Assembly (NCBI RefSeq): GCF_009834535.1
Contig: NC_045696.1
Location: forward strand, 18,168,001-18,232,000
Source of the DNA: Camelus ferus
Taxonomy: Eukaryota
Length of the DNA stretch: 64,000 nt
Direction of reading: 5' to 3'
Positions within the stretch are counted from its first letter, which is position 1. Every line of letters starts with the position of its first letter. Below the pieces are notes generated by a model. The model ran no database searches, was not told the DNA's origin, and saw only the letters and a list, made by a program, of their open reading frames with translations. Both the position numbers and the translations under genes were made by a program. This document shows positions 62,903 through 64,000 of the stretch, piece by piece.

Positions 62903-64000
62903 GCATCATGCCCAGAATTCACTAACATAAACATAAAGATTAACATTTATACAAGTAAGTCAATCTGGGACAATCTCACTTTTCCACATCCCTTAGAGAT
63001 ATTTGTTCATTAATCTCACCGATTACTCCCACAACTCACAGATGCTTGATGTTTATTTGTAATAGCTATGTTTCAGAATGTAATTTATAAAATAAGGAAT
63101 TTACTGCCTAATTTGTAGCTTTGCTTTTTACTCAAGACTTGTCTTAACGTATTCTTCATTCTCACTTGTGCAGCATGAAGACCCTGTCAGAATGAGGAAT
63201 AAACACTGCTTATGGGCTCTAACAATCAGACTTAAAATAGTGGGCCACTGTCCTGGGTCAAGGTTAAAGGGGCATTTTTAAAAAGCTGTCTTTCAGATTC
63301 TAATTAGGTCAAGCTTGCAGTAGGTGTTATCAGACTTTCTGCTTGAAAGATAACCCTCATTGTATAAACTGAAAATATAAATGACCTCAAAGGAACAAAT
63401 TAATGAAGTGTTTTCAAGAATTTTATTTTTGTCACAGCATGTTTTCTTCTTTAAAGTTACATCAAGGATGGGATGCTGTAACCTAGAATTATGGCTTTAT
63501 CAGGAGGGTGCTCTTATATAATACCAATTATATAAGATTACGATATTCTGCTCCAGGAGGACTATTATAAGAAAGTTCATGTTGAAAAATGTTTATACAG
63601 AGAGAGTTTCTAATATAAATATAAACAGAATATGCATTGATGTAAATGAATCTCTGGCAATCTATCAACATAATTTCATTATGTAAGTTCAGGCAATGGC
63701 ATGTCAACTTCTCAGTGTTATGGTATATATTGTTTTAAAAACATAATAAAAAGGTTATACAAATATTAGAAAAATATTGTTAGAGACTCAAAGCAAGTAG
63801 GAAATAATCTTCAAAAAGTATACACATTATAAAAATTTTCCCCAAACTAATAGAATTAGACAAAATTTTATTTAAAGACTGTTGATTACTGGACTACACA
63901 TAAAACCATGGCCTCGAGTTCAGGCCAAGTATATACTTATTTTTTGTTTTATTCCATTACATATGTACAAGAGGAAATTATTATTTCATTTGCAATATGC

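Noticed and set aside
1..64000. LTR orientation bias (about 14 minus versus 8 plus) as evidence of a plus-strand host intron
   Set aside because: Too small a sample to be significant, and L1 fragments occur in both orientations

Overview
AT-rich, CpG-depleted, repeat-dense placental-mammal genomic DNA, either intergenic or deep-intronic. I find no protein-coding gene, no convincing spliced coding exon, no tRNA/rRNA and no CRISPR array. Where the track ORFs are recognisable they fall in transposon fossils or microsatellites; the rest look like chance ORFs. The window is a layered fossil record: ancient MIR, L2 and L1M/L1ME pieces, DNA-transposon relics (MER20, MER2-like, MER58A, Tigger13-like), and many MaLR/ERVL LTRs (MLT1, MLT2, LTR33). 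It also holds about 11 younger ERV1-class LTRs, including nested and chimeric ones, one with an env-tail remnant, and a same-family inverted pair at 40064-40689 (+) and 52058-52715 (-). A younger L1 ORF2 fragment and two tiny L1 3' tails are present. I see no Alu, B1, Bov-tA, PRE1 or CanSINE. That absence, the MER41-like LTRs and the L1 tail sequence suggest a cetartiodactyl, possibly a camelid (inference). Repeat family names come from recalled consensus sequences and need RepeatMasker/Dfam confirmation. I cannot support a claim of a new biological system. The best leads are LTR-derived regulatory candidates, unusual insertion architectures and a few unique blocks with elevated CpG that may be enhancers.
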